Assembly: GCA_027007025.1 (NCBI GenBank)
Contig: JALTFL010000001.1
Location: 248-64,247, forward strand
From: Nanobdellati archaeon
Lineage (GTDB): Archaea > Nanobdellota > Nanobdellia > CSSed11-243R1
Length of the DNA: 64,000 bases
Direction: 5' to 3'
Under the pieces are notes generated by a model that did no database searches, was not told the DNA's origin, and worked only from the letters and a program-made list of their open reading frames with translations. The translations under genes were made by a program, and so were the position numbers. Positions 19,501-29,260 of this stretch are shown in pieces (the first letter of the stretch is position 1; the number at the start of each line of letters is the position of its first letter).

Positions 19501-22157
19501 TAATCTGCGACAGTATCATTTTTGTCAACTGCCCCAACAGATATAACATTTCCAATACATGCCGGTGCAGATATCCCACTAGGACTACCATCATTCCCAG
19601 ATGCAGCGACAACAACTAATCCAGCATTCGTCGCATTGTTTATTGCGGAAGTCAGCGCTGAAAAGTTTCCTTCACACGACGAAACACTATCAAACAAAGT
19701 GTCGCTCCCCAAACTCATTGTTATAACCGATATGTTATACTTTGTCGCATTTGAAACACACCAGTCGATACCTGCAAGAATACTTTCAGTCGTTCCTGAA
19801 CCTGTTGCGTTCATCACTTTTACCGGAACAAACTTGGCATCTGGGGCAACACCTCTGTAAGTTGTGTCATTTGAGACAATTATCCCCGCGACATGTGTCC
19901 CATGCCCATATTCGTCCATTGGGTCTGCATCGTAACTATCATTACAATTGACACCATTACAAAAGTCATATCCACTATTGTTAAAATATGCATGCGCTAA
20001 ATTTGGATGAGTGTAATTGACACCACTATCTAAAATACATACTGTTTGATTTACACCTGTTATGTTAACTCCATGATATTGGATGTCCCATGTGTCATTT
20101 GCCCTTATCTGTGGGACACTCTCGTTAAGAGCAGCATGAAATACTCTATTTGGCACAACATCTGCAACATAAGGATTCCCCTTCAAATCATCAAGCTGTG
20201 GGGGTGTCAATTCAACTGCGACAATATTAAGAGTGGAGTATTTATGGATAACCTTAATGTTGGGAGATGTACTTAAAAATTTATCCTGAAGAGATTTGAC
20301 ATTTGATTTCATTGAATTTATACTAAATCCTTTCTGTGAATTAGTATTAGTTCCTTTTAATAAAATTATATACTGCCCATTTGGAGATACTTCAAAATTT
20401 TTAACATTATTCGTTGCAGGGATGTAGTTATTCTTATGTGTTGGATCAAGAGTTGCGTTTACATTTCCACAATAACCTCCGTTACACGAAATGTTTACTG
20501 TGTATTCAAACAATCCATTTTTTGAAACATTCTTGCTTGACAACGGGTAAATTGTGTTGACATTCAATGTTCCATTTTGAACAACCGATAGAGTGTAGTT
20601 CCCCCCTGCAGAAGAAATATCCCACACTTCAATATAATAAGTTCCATTGATAGTTGGTTTAAAATCAATTTCTGATAAGCAACCTTTGTAATCCGTCAAA
20701 CTACAGCTACCAACATCATCATTGTACTTCGCAATTGAATAATTTGGATAATACAAGATTAGATAAGTGTCTACAATCCTTCCACCAGGATTGTTTGTTT
20801 TGATTATGTATGTCTTTCCAGCAGTTGCATTGAATTTCACAAAATCTGACTCGCCATAGTAATAAAATGAATGGCTTTGCAACGTGTTGTTAGTGTAACT
20901 CCAATTAGCATCTGTGAAATAGTCGTCAGGTTCAAACGAATCAGAAGGTCCTGGCGGGATTGTATCATTGACAGACACATTAAATTGCCCACTTTTTATG
21001 TAATAATCGGAAACCTCGATGTAATATGTCCCATTCGTAGGGGCATACCATGTAACCAAAGAATTAGCATTTTGAACACCCGTAAAATATGTGTCATCAT
21101 CATATTTTAACAAACTAAAAGACGCGTTGTATAACTTGAGATAGGTATCAGTATTAGTAGTTATATTTTGTGTTTTAATGATATATTTTGTTCCAGCGAC
21201 TGCCGAAAATTTCGTGTAATTAGCTGAACCCACTTCATTAAAAGATTGGGTTATTGGCGTCCCGTCCGCTTGTAGCTGTGTAATTGTTGGCTTGTAAACC
21301 CTAATTGTATAATTGCCTCCCTTTCCATACCTGTCCCACACCGAAGCATAATATGTCCCATCTGAAGTGCAGTTCCAAACAATCCGAGAATTTAAATAAA
21401 TAGAATCATCGTCATTTTCTTTTATTACCGTCATCCCATTAGTATTATATAATGTTAGATAAGTATCTGTGCCGGGTGTTTTGTTGTATGTCTCAATTAC
21501 ATAGATATTCCCTGCTATCGCATTGAATTTAAAATAATCTTTATCGTTGGAAAAAAACGAGAATTGCTTAGAAATTTTTGTCCCATTTGTTGACAACTCA
21601 GTTGAGTTAAAATACGCATTGTCTCTCTCACTTACCGGAGAGGTTGTGTTGATTACATTTAATGTGTATGTAGCGGTAGAGTAATAACTGTACTCTAGTT
21701 TTACATAAATTGTCTCATTTGAATCACAATAAAAAATATCCTTTGGGGATTTAATTACATACTCACTTCCATTGTAATAATAGTTAAAGCTAACAAGATT
21801 TAGTGACGAGCCATATACTTGGATATATATATTTGAATCGTTTGTGGTTATGTTATATGACTCATTTTCTACACAGTTAAATTTTACCCAATCCACATCT
21901 GTTGTTGTATGAAAAGTGTGAGTTTGGATTGAACCATTAGTTGGAATCGATGACGCATATCCTGGTTCGTTATCATACTCATAATCATCAGGAGACACGG
22001 CAAGAGATGAAAATGAATTTGCCGAGATATCAGTGAAAATATGCTTAGCTATCGCTTGAGGTTTTTCTATCTGGATTTTTTGCCCCAAATCCGCATGTGC
22101 TACACCAAAAATTAAGATTAATAGTATAATCAAAACTAAACCTTTGCTTACCCCCAT
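16512..22157 (-). CDS. Large cell-surface subtilase (S8) with repeated PPC-like domains, Ig/FN3-like repeats, PGF-pre-PGF-like domain and C-terminal TM anchor
   Basis: Signal peptide; triad motifs ILDSG, HGTHVAG, GTSMAAPHVAG; repeated DTYL.LY...NDD modules; YQYF...HLSAFAV; hydrophobic C-terminus. Confidence 0.9.
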   Translation of the reverse strand: MGVSKGLVLIILLILIFGVAHADLGQKIQIEKPQAIAKHIFTDISANSFSSLAVSPDDYEYDNEPGYASSIPTNGSIQTHTFHTTTDVDWVKFNCVENESYNITTNDSNIYIQVYGSSLNLVSFNYYYNGSEYVIKSPKDIFYCDSNETIYVKLEYSYYSTATYTLNVINTTSPVSERDNAYFNSTELSTNGTKISKQFSFFSNDKDYFKFNAIAGNIYVIETYNKTPGTDTYLTLYNTNGMTVIKENDDDSIYLNSRIVWNCTSDGTYYASVWDRYGKGGNYTIRVYKPTITQLQADGTPITQSFNEVGSANYTKFSAVAGTKYIIKTQNITTNTDTYLKLYNASFSLLKYDDDTYFTGVQNANSLVTWYAPTNGTYYIEVSDYYIKSGQFNVSVNDTIPPGPSDSFEPDDYFTDANWSYTNNTLQSHSFYYYGESDFVKFNATAGKTYIIKTNNPGGRIVDTYLILYYPNYSIAKYNDDVGSCSLTDYKGCLSEIDFKPTINGTYYIEVWDISSAGGNYTLSVVQNGTLNVNTIYPLSSKNVSKNGLFEYTVNISCNGGYCGNVNATLDPTHKNNYIPATNNVKNFEVSPNGQYIILLKGTNTNSQKGFSINSMKSNVKSLQDKFLSTSPNIKVIHKYSTLNIVAVELTPPQLDDLKGNPYVADVVPNRVFHAALNESVPQIRANDTWDIQYHGVNITGVNQTVCILDSGVNYTHPNLAHAYFNNSGYDFCNGVNCNDSYDADPMDEYGHGTHVAGIIVSNDTTYRGVAPDAKFVPVKVMNATGSGTTESILAGIDWCVSNATKYNISVITMSLGSDTLFDSVSSCEGNFSALTSAINNATNAGLVVVAASGNDGSPSGISAPACIGNVISVGAVDKNDTVADYSNVAPILDVLAPGTNIYSTMIYNSSPELGCYSNSDWCYLSGTSMAAPHVAGAILLMDQYNKMRMGSNLDKDAALKYLKDYGVNVTDKRKSVGSGLTFPRIDVYASVLGLKYKGIVPMDSGSPFFTTTHPQYTNTSQNPIYSSNLSCLQNMQDGDYCLVTWVINASGQMNTTWDFFVKLDSDILGDVKSATDSISIVPQNVVPDLKVYSPIDGQSLSVSGVHVNISAFCNTSLVSTVGYQLTNSTGSVLRSGNLSKVEATNYWDTTIPTVNLPSGMYNLTITAVNSLGNSTSVVVKNLTVDATYPSITINSSYPQNTTTPWLNITVSDDTNVSSVWYNLNGGSNTTLFYGSMTPVVNNTAVTLNYPGWNYFVVYANDTSGNLINHTKEFYEISQMNTTKWIAETNASAIYPNGASVWNNQTFNITLNSTSFNVTLVDVNGTNVWWDYNFAFKENDSQLNNITSNYGMTPYLTLYLDKNLIKDKICEENNCTDLLNADYAKITFSPNSSGYDGVYSCGRGIPDDFSSCVKLNACTTNNVDCYTDSSTETTVYVNRFSTLVVVNDTTPPDVIISSPEDKVYTSCFVNTNVSSSHDVETCTYSLDGASNVSLNKSNEYFISTLGPLKNGNHNITVYCVDSSGNYNSSYREFTIYDDTPPSLNGVYVSKSNSSATIHFKTDEYAKSTVYLYRKSDCSDLRESKNTDWGTTHSAYFSGLSSSYTYYYQIIAEDYQGNVYNSTCYNFTTSAGESGNENNEAGASGGNTTQQNNEVVSEVFFWQSLEPNKEIDVDVKSSAIAVDMIKLYLSNLTTNAQLTVKSSGDTPPFGIPGAPGVIYQYFTVSTNFDSEISSMHVDLRVPVSWFISNGYNPNNVTVYHYYNNSWVPEFTSYKGTSGDNYLYAIDINHLSAFAVTSVKLVEYCGNGICNQTVGENCSTCEADCGLCLSELPIYNTEGNTSNNITEVTHAGTQSNTVYIVIGVVVIVVVGFLAFQMYRRENY

Positions 22158-22226
22158 ATAAACACTTATAATATAGGCAATATATATAAATTGCGGTTAA
22201 AAAATCAAAAAAGGAGAAAAAAGAAA

Positions 22227-25100
22227 CTACTTCTTTTTAATTCCAAGTAACTCCGGTTTTAGGAACAAAATTGCCCCTCCAATAATTGCAAGGACAATGA
22301 TACCAACTATTAATGGACTCATCTCGCTGCTTGTTGGAGGTAATGAAGAACCACCATTCTCATTTATTGGAGTTGTTGGAGTTGTTGTCCCGTTTTCCGT
22401 TGGAGCTGTAGGCTCAGTTGTCGTACCCTGTGTTAACTTGTCAAGCGTGAAGTATGCCTTTCCAAGCTCGATTTTGCTCAAATAAATCGAAATGTCATTT
22501 ATACCGTCGCCGTTAATGTCAACATTCTTTGTTTCACCAACTGCAAGAGTTATGTTTGTTGGTGTTGATGCCACTTGGACTTTTGCACTATCTTGTGTCA
22601 ATTCCATCAATGTTATAGTATGGTTCTCACTCATCCAAGTAAGTATGACATTATCCCCAACAACCATTGGCGCTTCGAATGTTCCACCAGTCCACACATT
22701 ATTTGTTGGTTGTGGAGGAAGTCCACCTGTGCTGCCGCTTGAACCTGTATTTGTATTATCGTTATTAGATGTCGTCTGTTCTCCGCCGACAGCCCATGTA
22801 GAGAAATGAGTTGTGTTGCCCCACACATAATGGGCTGTGGTGTTCACCCCACCGGGTATTTTTACCCATTTTTGTATAGTATTGTTGTAATAATACAATC
22901 TCATCGTGCTTACATCTATGTTCGACGGCAAATCAGCAGGGTTGTAATATACTTTTATAATGGCATACCCGAAATTAGCAACATTTGAACCAACGAAGAA
23001 ATACAATCCTACCTCAACATCTCCAACTTTTGCAGAGGGATAGGGTTTACTATCCAGTTTAAACAATTGTAAATCTATACTCAAATTGCTGTTTGGAGTT
23101 AATTCAAGTTCAACAAATTTGTTTGTTGTGCCATTTTCAGTGGAATTTGCCACAATTGTTGTTGTGGTTGATGCATTTAAGGAACCATTGTATTCCACGG
23201 TAGTCCTGAAAGTGCTCTGGATTATGTTGCCACTATTACCAAGAACATCAGTACAATTTATATTATAATGATATTGTGTGCCATTATTTAAATTGTTTAT
23301 AACAAAATGATGAGTGGTATTCCATCCATCTAATGCAGTAGGGGTCCCAAAACTATCTGTCAACCCATAATCTATAAAGCATTTTGCATTTTCATTTGTG
23401 TTGAAATCAAATGTTGCGGAATCATTTGCTATACCAATGCCTAAATTTTGGATTAGTGGAGGTGTAGTATCAATTAACAATGGGTATTGAGTTGCGCTGC
23501 CAACATTTCCAGTTGTTCCTCCAAAATCCCTTGCAGTTATATTTAATGTATAGTTACCATTGTAATCTTCATTAATTGGAAAAGTACAGTTTATCACAGT
23601 GCCATCTGAAGTCAAATCAGTACAATAAGTATACAATGCAGTATCATTTAATGAGTACAATATTGTATCATTTAATTTAACTAATATTTTACTTATGGCT
23701 GTCCCAGTACCATTTATCTTTGCGGATACATTGAATGGTGTTTTAGTTGGAGAAATAACAGGGGATATAGTAACAATTGGGTCAACTGTATCTGCTATAG
23801 TATATCCAGAAAAATGAGACACATTAAACTTTATAGTCATATTTGGGACAGTACATGAAACATTGTTTATTGTGATATTGTACGGGGTCCCTAAAGTTGT
23901 ATTTATATTTGGTATATCACTCGTGTTGATGCCACTCATATTTAAGAAATTACTATCACTAAATGGGGTATTGTAAAACTCAATTTCCGCGCTACCATTC
24001 AAACTAGCAAACATAGAAGTATTAACAAACAAAGATGCGTTGCCAAATGCGTGCGGTACAGGAACCCTAAAGTTTATTGCATTAAATAGGTTAAATAATG
24101 CTCCCATAGTCGCGTCATCAAATAAATTTAACCCATAAAATTGGATAAACATAACTTCTTTAAATCCATCCCATAAATGAAATTCAAACTGTGTTCCATT
24201 CTCACTAACGAATGTGCCTCCAGTTCCGTTTAACTCAGCAGTAACTGACAAGTTCGCATCAGTAAAATTAGTTATATTGCATAAATTAGTGGAGAGTTTT
24301 ATATTTTCATCATCATATGTTAACCCCAATCCTTTGTATATCACAACATCAGAAAAATTAATACCTTCCCACCCATTATTGTCTTTAACAACTACAAAAA
24401 GAGGGTATGTTTGAAAGATACCACCTGTGGAATTATAATTTGTAGTGTTAAATGGAATTATAACACTCCATGTTGTGTTTGTTGGATCAATAGGGGACAT
24501 ATTATATCTAAGGGTTACATTTGGAATGCTAGATCCATTAAAATCGACATATACTTCTGAGATGTTGTTACCTGTTGGGTTAACTATAACTGTTACATTC
24601 AAATTCTGGTTGCCATTTGTTGCATATGGACATACCAAATTATCAGGGGTCGGAATTGGAGGGTTAACTATTGGAGGCATCGCATCTATTGACACATTAA
24701 CAGCGGTATCATTTATTGATGTATCATTGTCAACAACTGCTATGAAAGTGTTTCCTTCTGAATCAGGGACATTAAATAATGTATTGTTACATGAAAATAA
24801 ATTTCCGGCCGAGTTATATGCAGTACAAATTTCGACAAGTGCGCTAGAGTTACTAGCATTTATCCAATAAAATGTTACATTATTCGCAGTAGTATTAGTT
24901 GCTGCAGTGAAAACAGTTTCATTTATAGAAGTTATAACTGAATTGTTAACTGGATTTGTTATATTAACATATTGTGCTGGCAACGCAGATGCGGCACTAA
25001 CAAATATTAATGACGCTAAACCTACAATCATAATTGCCAAAAACACCTTAAGTTGTGACGATGCTTTTGAAGAATTTGGTATAAAATCGTCTAATTTCAT
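22227..25100 (-). CDS. Large Asn/Thr-rich surface glycoprotein (S-layer-like) with FN3-like domain and C-terminal TM
   Basis: N-terminal hydrophobic helix, many N-x-S/T sequons, two HFS motifs, PT-rich linker, C-terminal TM + KKK; GGAG before ATG 25100. Confidence 0.8.
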   Translation of the reverse strand: MKLDDFIPNSSKASSQLKVFLAIMIVGLASLIFVSAASALPAQYVNITNPVNNSVITSINETVFTAATNTTANNVTFYWINASNSSALVEICTAYNSAGNLFSCNNTLFNVPDSEGNTFIAVVDNDTSINDTAVNVSIDAMPPIVNPPIPTPDNLVCPYATNGNQNLNVTVIVNPTGNNISEVYVDFNGSSIPNVTLRYNMSPIDPTNTTWSVIIPFNTTNYNSTGGIFQTYPLFVVVKDNNGWEGINFSDVVIYKGLGLTYDDENIKLSTNLCNITNFTDANLSVTAELNGTGGTFVSENGTQFEFHLWDGFKEVMFIQFYGLNLFDDATMGALFNLFNAINFRVPVPHAFGNASLFVNTSMFASLNGSAEIEFYNTPFSDSNFLNMSGINTSDIPNINTTLGTPYNITINNVSCTVPNMTIKFNVSHFSGYTIADTVDPIVTISPVISPTKTPFNVSAKINGTGTAISKILVKLNDTILYSLNDTALYTYCTDLTSDGTVINCTFPINEDYNGNYTLNITARDFGGTTGNVGSATQYPLLIDTTPPLIQNLGIGIANDSATFDFNTNENAKCFIDYGLTDSFGTPTALDGWNTTHHFVINNLNNGTQYHYNINCTDVLGNSGNIIQSTFRTTVEYNGSLNASTTTTIVANSTENGTTNKFVELELTPNSNLSIDLQLFKLDSKPYPSAKVGDVEVGLYFFVGSNVANFGYAIIKVYYNPADLPSNIDVSTMRLYYYNNTIQKWVKIPGGVNTTAHYVWGNTTHFSTWAVGGEQTTSNNDNTNTGSSGSTGGLPPQPTNNVWTGGTFEAPMVVGDNVILTWMSENHTITLMELTQDSAKVQVASTPTNITLAVGETKNVDINGDGINDISIYLSKIELGKAYFTLDKLTQGTTTEPTAPTENGTTTPTTPINENGGSSLPPTSSEMSPLIVGIIVLAIIGGAILFLKPELLGIKKK

Positions 25101-25175
25101 AAAATCTCCCTCCGATAAGTTACCCCTATAGAACATTTGGAGGATTCATTCTTTTAAAAAGGTATTGGTAAAAAA

Positions 25176-25214
25176 TTCTCTTTGGTACAGCTTTCTCCCT
25201 TTAAGAGAAAGATG
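25176..25214 (-). repeat. Hairpin-repeat copy directly after proS stop
   Basis: Minus strand CATCTTTCTCTTAAAGGGAGAAAGCTGTACCAAAGAGAA. Confidence 0.7.
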
Positions 25215-26711
25215 TTAATATTGACGAGCTACCCAGACAATTTCCTTTGCTGGCTTTCCGCAAACTGCGCATTTCTTGCCTTTTGCTGCCTTCCTTGAAG
25301 TTTCAACGCTCTCCTCGACGGACTTTTCGCCGTTGGCAAAAAGCTGAACTCCCCTAACCTTGATTGTTTCTTCCTTAAGCTTTTCAACGCATTTCTGTGA
25401 GTTGCAAAATGGGATTTCAACAAGATGGATTCCTGCATTTATCTCTTTCAAAATACCTTCAAAACTGTCTGCCTTCGCGCGCTTGAAGTTTTCCTCAGCC
25501 TTCGCGAACATAAGCTCGGTAATTTCCTCAAACTTCTTTTCAATGGTTTTTGAGCTCAAATCACTAATTGGAATGAATTCTTTGTTCCTGTCAAAGCGCC
25601 TTACCAAAACAACTTGGTTTTTCTCGACATCTTTAGGACCTATCTCAATCCTGATTGGAACACCCTTCATTTCCCACTCGTTGAATTTCCATCCCGGCGA
25701 ATAGTTGTCGCGCGAATCAATTTTTATCCTAAATTTTTTCAGCTTTGACTTAACGCTGTTGGCGAGCCTGAGCGCCGCTTCCTTTTCGTCGTCCTTGTAA
25801 TAAATTGGGACAATCACTATTTGTATCGGAGCTACTTTTGGCGGCAATACTAATCCGTTGTCGTCGCCGTGAATCGCCGCAAGCATCCCGAGTATTTTGC
25901 TTACACCCATTCCGAAAGAAGTCTGGTGGCAGAACTGCTTTTTGTTGTTCTTGTCAACATATGTAACGTCAAACGGCTTCGAGAAATTTAGCCCGAGATT
26001 GTGAGTCGTGCCTATCTGCGATATCCTGCCGTCAGGAAGTGGAGAATCATAAGCACATGTATATTCCGCCCCCGCGAACTTGTCCCACTCCGGGCGCTTG
26101 AAAAGCATGAAAGGTATTGCCAAATTGTCCTCGACAACTTTCTTGAAAATTGTCATGTCTTCCTTCACCTGCTTGTCTGCGTCATCGTTTGAAACCTGAG
26201 CGGTGTGAGACTCTATCCAAAAGAACTCTGCCGTCCTCAACAACGGGAAAATCGCATTTGTCCTTTCGGCGCGGAATGACGGGCGCGTTTCAAAAACCTT
26301 GAAAGGTAAGTCTTTGTAGGTTTGAATCCAATAGCTGAAGTAGGGATACATAACAGCTTCGCCTGTCGGGCGGAGAACTTTTGGTATTTCCAAATCCTTG
26401 CCGCCATGCCCCTTAGTTATCATAAAAACTTCCGGTGCGAAACCTGTCGCGTGCTCCTTCTCCTTTTCAAGAAGTGTGACCGGAATTGCGGTCGGAGTCC
26501 TGATTGGAGAATGTTCCTTTTCGATAAGCTCGCTTTCAAAAAGGCGTTCTACCTCCCTCAAAATTTTTGAGCCCCATGGGGGGTATCCATAAAATCCTCT
26601 GGAATTCTCCAGGCGCTTGTCCGCGAGCCCGCATTTCAAAACTACCTGTTCGTACCACTCGCTGAAATTTTTCTTGCCGACAGTAATTCCCTGTAACTTG
26701 TCCTTTGCCAT
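25215..26711 (-). CDS. proS: Proline--tRNA ligase (archaeal/eukaryotic type)
   Basis: FSEWY, LRPTGE, LLRTAEFFW.E.HT, HGDDNGLVLPP, C-terminal ARQY. Confidence 0.95.
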   Translation of the reverse strand: MAKDKLQGITVGKKNFSEWYEQVVLKCGLADKRLENSRGFYGYPPWGSKILREVERLFESELIEKEHSPIRTPTAIPVTLLEKEKEHATGFAPEVFMITKGHGGKDLEIPKVLRPTGEAVMYPYFSYWIQTYKDLPFKVFETRPSFRAERTNAIFPLLRTAEFFWIESHTAQVSNDDADKQVKEDMTIFKKVVEDNLAIPFMLFKRPEWDKFAGAEYTCAYDSPLPDGRISQIGTTHNLGLNFSKPFDVTYVDKNNKKQFCHQTSFGMGVSKILGMLAAIHGDDNGLVLPPKVAPIQIVIVPIYYKDDEKEAALRLANSVKSKLKKFRIKIDSRDNYSPGWKFNEWEMKGVPIRIEIGPKDVEKNQVVLVRRFDRNKEFIPISDLSSKTIEKKFEEITELMFAKAEENFKRAKADSFEGILKEINAGIHLVEIPFCNSQKCVEKLKEETIKVRGVQLFANGEKSVEESVETSRKAAKGKKCAVCGKPAKEIVWVARQY

Positions 26712-26805
26712 CAAAAAGAAAAATATATTTAATCTTATATTCTTTTCCTTACAAAAACAAAAAGCTTTTATAGAACTATCTATAGACTATATATAGGTGA
26801 TGATA

Positions 26806-27048
26806 ATGGCAGAATACACAAGTATTCAAATATATCCTGAAACAAGAAAAAGTCTTGCTAAATTAAAAGAGAGTAGTAAAGAATCTTATGATGATATTAT
26901 AAGGAAATTATTAGAATTAATCCCGAAAGGCGACGAAGAAGGAGAGTATACTGAAGAATTCAGAATAGGTATCCTAAACGCAAGACTTAATCTAAAGAAA
27001 GGTAAAAAGATAAGCTTAACCAAGGCTAAAGCTAAACTAGGGGTGTGA
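26806..27048 (+). CDS. Putative antitoxin (RelB-like partner)
   Basis: TSIQI..ETRKSL..LK....ESYDDII.KLL; stop overlaps relE start; GGTGA SD. Confidence 0.75.
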   Translation: MAEYTSIQIYPETRKSLAKLKESSKESYDDIIRKLLELIPKGDEEGEYTEEFRIGILNARLNLKKGKKISLTKAKAKLGV

Positions 27049-27317
27049 GTAAAATTTCTTGGAAAATTGAACTTTCGGAGGAAGCATTTAGGGACTTATC
27101 TAATCTTGATTTAACAATCTCTAAGCGGGTTATAGACAAGTTGGAAAAATCTGCCAAAGACCCAAAACACTTTTTCAAACGGCTAAAAGGGTGCGATGAT
27201 TACAAGCTTAAAGTTGGGGACTATAGAATATTAGCACTTTTATTACATGAAAAAAAGATAATCTTCGTAGAAAAAGTAGGACATCGACGGAATATCTACA
27301 AAGAAAAACATATTTAA
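27045..27317 (+). CDS. RelE/ParE family toxin
   Basis: WKIELSEEA, LKG...YKLKVGDYRI, VGHRRNIY. Confidence 0.9.
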   Translation: MSKISWKIELSEEAFRDLSNLDLTISKRVIDKLEKSAKDPKHFFKRLKGCDDYKLKVGDYRILALLLHEKKIIFVEKVGHRRNIYKEKHI

Positions 27318-27340
27318 TCTGATATATTCTTTCAAAAAAT

Positions 27341-28981
27341 ATGAAAGTGTTGATTTGCAGCGCATGGCCTTATGGGTATAACATGCCACATTTGGGGAAT
27401 TTGGTTTCATCTCTTTTGTCGGGAGATGTTTTTTCCAGGTATTACAAGCTCAAGGAATATGACACTCTTTATGTTTCGGGAACAGACATGCACGGCACCC
27501 GCGCGGAATTCGAGGCTGCGAAAAGAGGGATTGATGTGAAGTCACTTCTCGAAGAAAACCACAACAGACTGAAAGAGTTGATAGAACAATTCAACATAAA
27601 ATTTGACAATTACACCTCAACAGAGAGTCCAATTCATAAAAAGTTTATCACTGATATATACAAAAAAATGGATAAAAATGGATATATAACCACCAAAGTT
27701 GAAAAACGCCCCTACTGTAACAATTGTAAGGTTTTTCTCGCGGATGCATTCATAGAAGGTACTTGTCCAAAGTGCGGTTATGAATATGCAAAAGGGAATC
27801 AATGTGAGAAATGTGGTGCGCTTCTTGAACCGCAGGATTTAATAAACCCACACTGTAAAATTTGTGGTGGAACAAATATTATTTTCAAAGAAACGAAGCA
27901 CTGGTTCCTTGACTTAGCGAGGCTCCAGCCAGAGATAGAGAAATATGTTAATTCTCATTCAGAGTGGCAGGATAATGTGAGACATTTCACACTCAATTTA
28001 TTGAAGCAGGGATTAAAACCAAGAGCTGTAACAAGAGATTTGAAATGGGGGATTCCTGCTCCGTTCAAAGGCGCGGAGGGAAAAGTAATTTATGTTTGGG
28101 CTGAGGCGGCATTGGGCTATGTGTCGGCGACAATTGAATATTTCAAAGAAGATGAAAAATGGAAAGAATTCTGGTTCGGGAGTGATGTGAAGCAAATTTA
28201 CACTCTCGCCAAGGATAATATCCCCTTCCACACAATATTTTTCCCGGCGCAGTTAATGGCATCCCAAGAAGGATACCATCTACCTGACAGCATTTACGCA
28301 ACAGAATATTTAAACTGGGAAGGTGGGAAAAAATTCTCCAAATCAAAAAAGATTGGGATATTTATTGACGACGCGCTCAAGCTTTTGCCCGCACCCTATT
28401 GGAGATTTTACCTGCTTTATGACAGGCCGGAATCAAAGGACACTAACTTTTCATGGAAGGAACTCGAGAAAACAATTAACCAGATTTTAATCGGCGACTT
28501 TGGCAACTTTGTCAATAGGGTTTTAAAATTCTTGGAAAGGTATTACGCGCTTAAAGTGCCGAAGGCAGAGCTGACAACAGAAGACAAGGAACTGCTTGAC
28601 AAAATAGATGTGACTTCAGATGTGATTTCCGGATTTTTGGAAAAAGGCAAGATAAAGGACGCGATGGACGCAGTAGTCAATATATGTAGGGACGCAAACA
28701 CATACTTCCAGCAGAACGAGCCGTGGAAAAACGAAAACAGACGCGACAGCGTAATTTACGTCGGAGTACAACTAACCAAGGCGCTCGCGGTTTTCATGTA
28801 TCCTTTCGTTCCGTCGCTGTCGGAGAAGCTGTGGAAAATTCTGAAATTGGACGAAGAAATTAAATGGAGTTCGATTGAATCGGAAATTAAACCAGGACAT
28901 ATCATTAATGCGCCCGAGGTTCTTATTGAAAGAATAGATATAGACGAGATAAAAAAGAAGTACGAAAAGATGAAAGAGTGA
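27341..28981 (+). CDS. metG: Methionine--tRNA ligase (short form without C-terminal Trbp domain)
   Basis: SAWPY...HLGN, two Zn knuckles, YVWAEA, KDNIPFH, KFSKS. Confidence 0.95.
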   Translation: MKVLICSAWPYGYNMPHLGNLVSSLLSGDVFSRYYKLKEYDTLYVSGTDMHGTRAEFEAAKRGIDVKSLLEENHNRLKELIEQFNIKFDNYTSTESPIHKKFITDIYKKMDKNGYITTKVEKRPYCNNCKVFLADAFIEGTCPKCGYEYAKGNQCEKCGALLEPQDLINPHCKICGGTNIIFKETKHWFLDLARLQPEIEKYVNSHSEWQDNVRHFTLNLLKQGLKPRAVTRDLKWGIPAPFKGAEGKVIYVWAEAALGYVSATIEYFKEDEKWKEFWFGSDVKQIYTLAKDNIPFHTIFFPAQLMASQEGYHLPDSIYATEYLNWEGGKKFSKSKKIGIFIDDALKLLPAPYWRFYLLYDRPESKDTNFSWKELEKTINQILIGDFGNFVNRVLKFLERYYALKVPKAELTTEDKELLDKIDVTSDVISGFLEKGKIKDAMDAVVNICRDANTYFQQNEPWKNENRRDSVIYVGVQLTKALAVFMYPFVPSLSEKLWKILKLDEEIKWSSIESEIKPGHIINAPEVLIERIDIDEIKKKYEKMKE

Positions 28982-29145
28982 CACAAGATATAGCGTGGAA
29001 CTCCAAAACGAAATGTGTTTTCTTCACTTGAAAGTTAGTTTGCTTTTTAATTTTTGTATTCTTCAAAACAACTATTACCAAATTTATACCAAAGTAAATG
29101 AGTATATATAAAGAAGTTATGCGTTTAGATAGCGGAGGTAAGAAC

Positions 29146-29229
29146 ATGGCGGCAGAAAACACAGAAGAAAACGAAATCAAATTCCAAAGACAATTCAAAC
29201 TCGGGGAGTTCCCGGAGAATTCTGAATAA
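29146..29229 (+). CDS. Putative 27-aa acidic microprotein
   Basis: TATATATAAA at 29103, GGAGGT SD 6 nt before ATG; MAAENTEENEIKFQRQFKLGEFPENSE. Confidence 0.5.
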   Translation: MAAENTEENEIKFQRQFKLGEFPENSE

Positions 29230-29260
29230 TTTTATAAGCATCCCTCCCTCTTTCTTTTAT

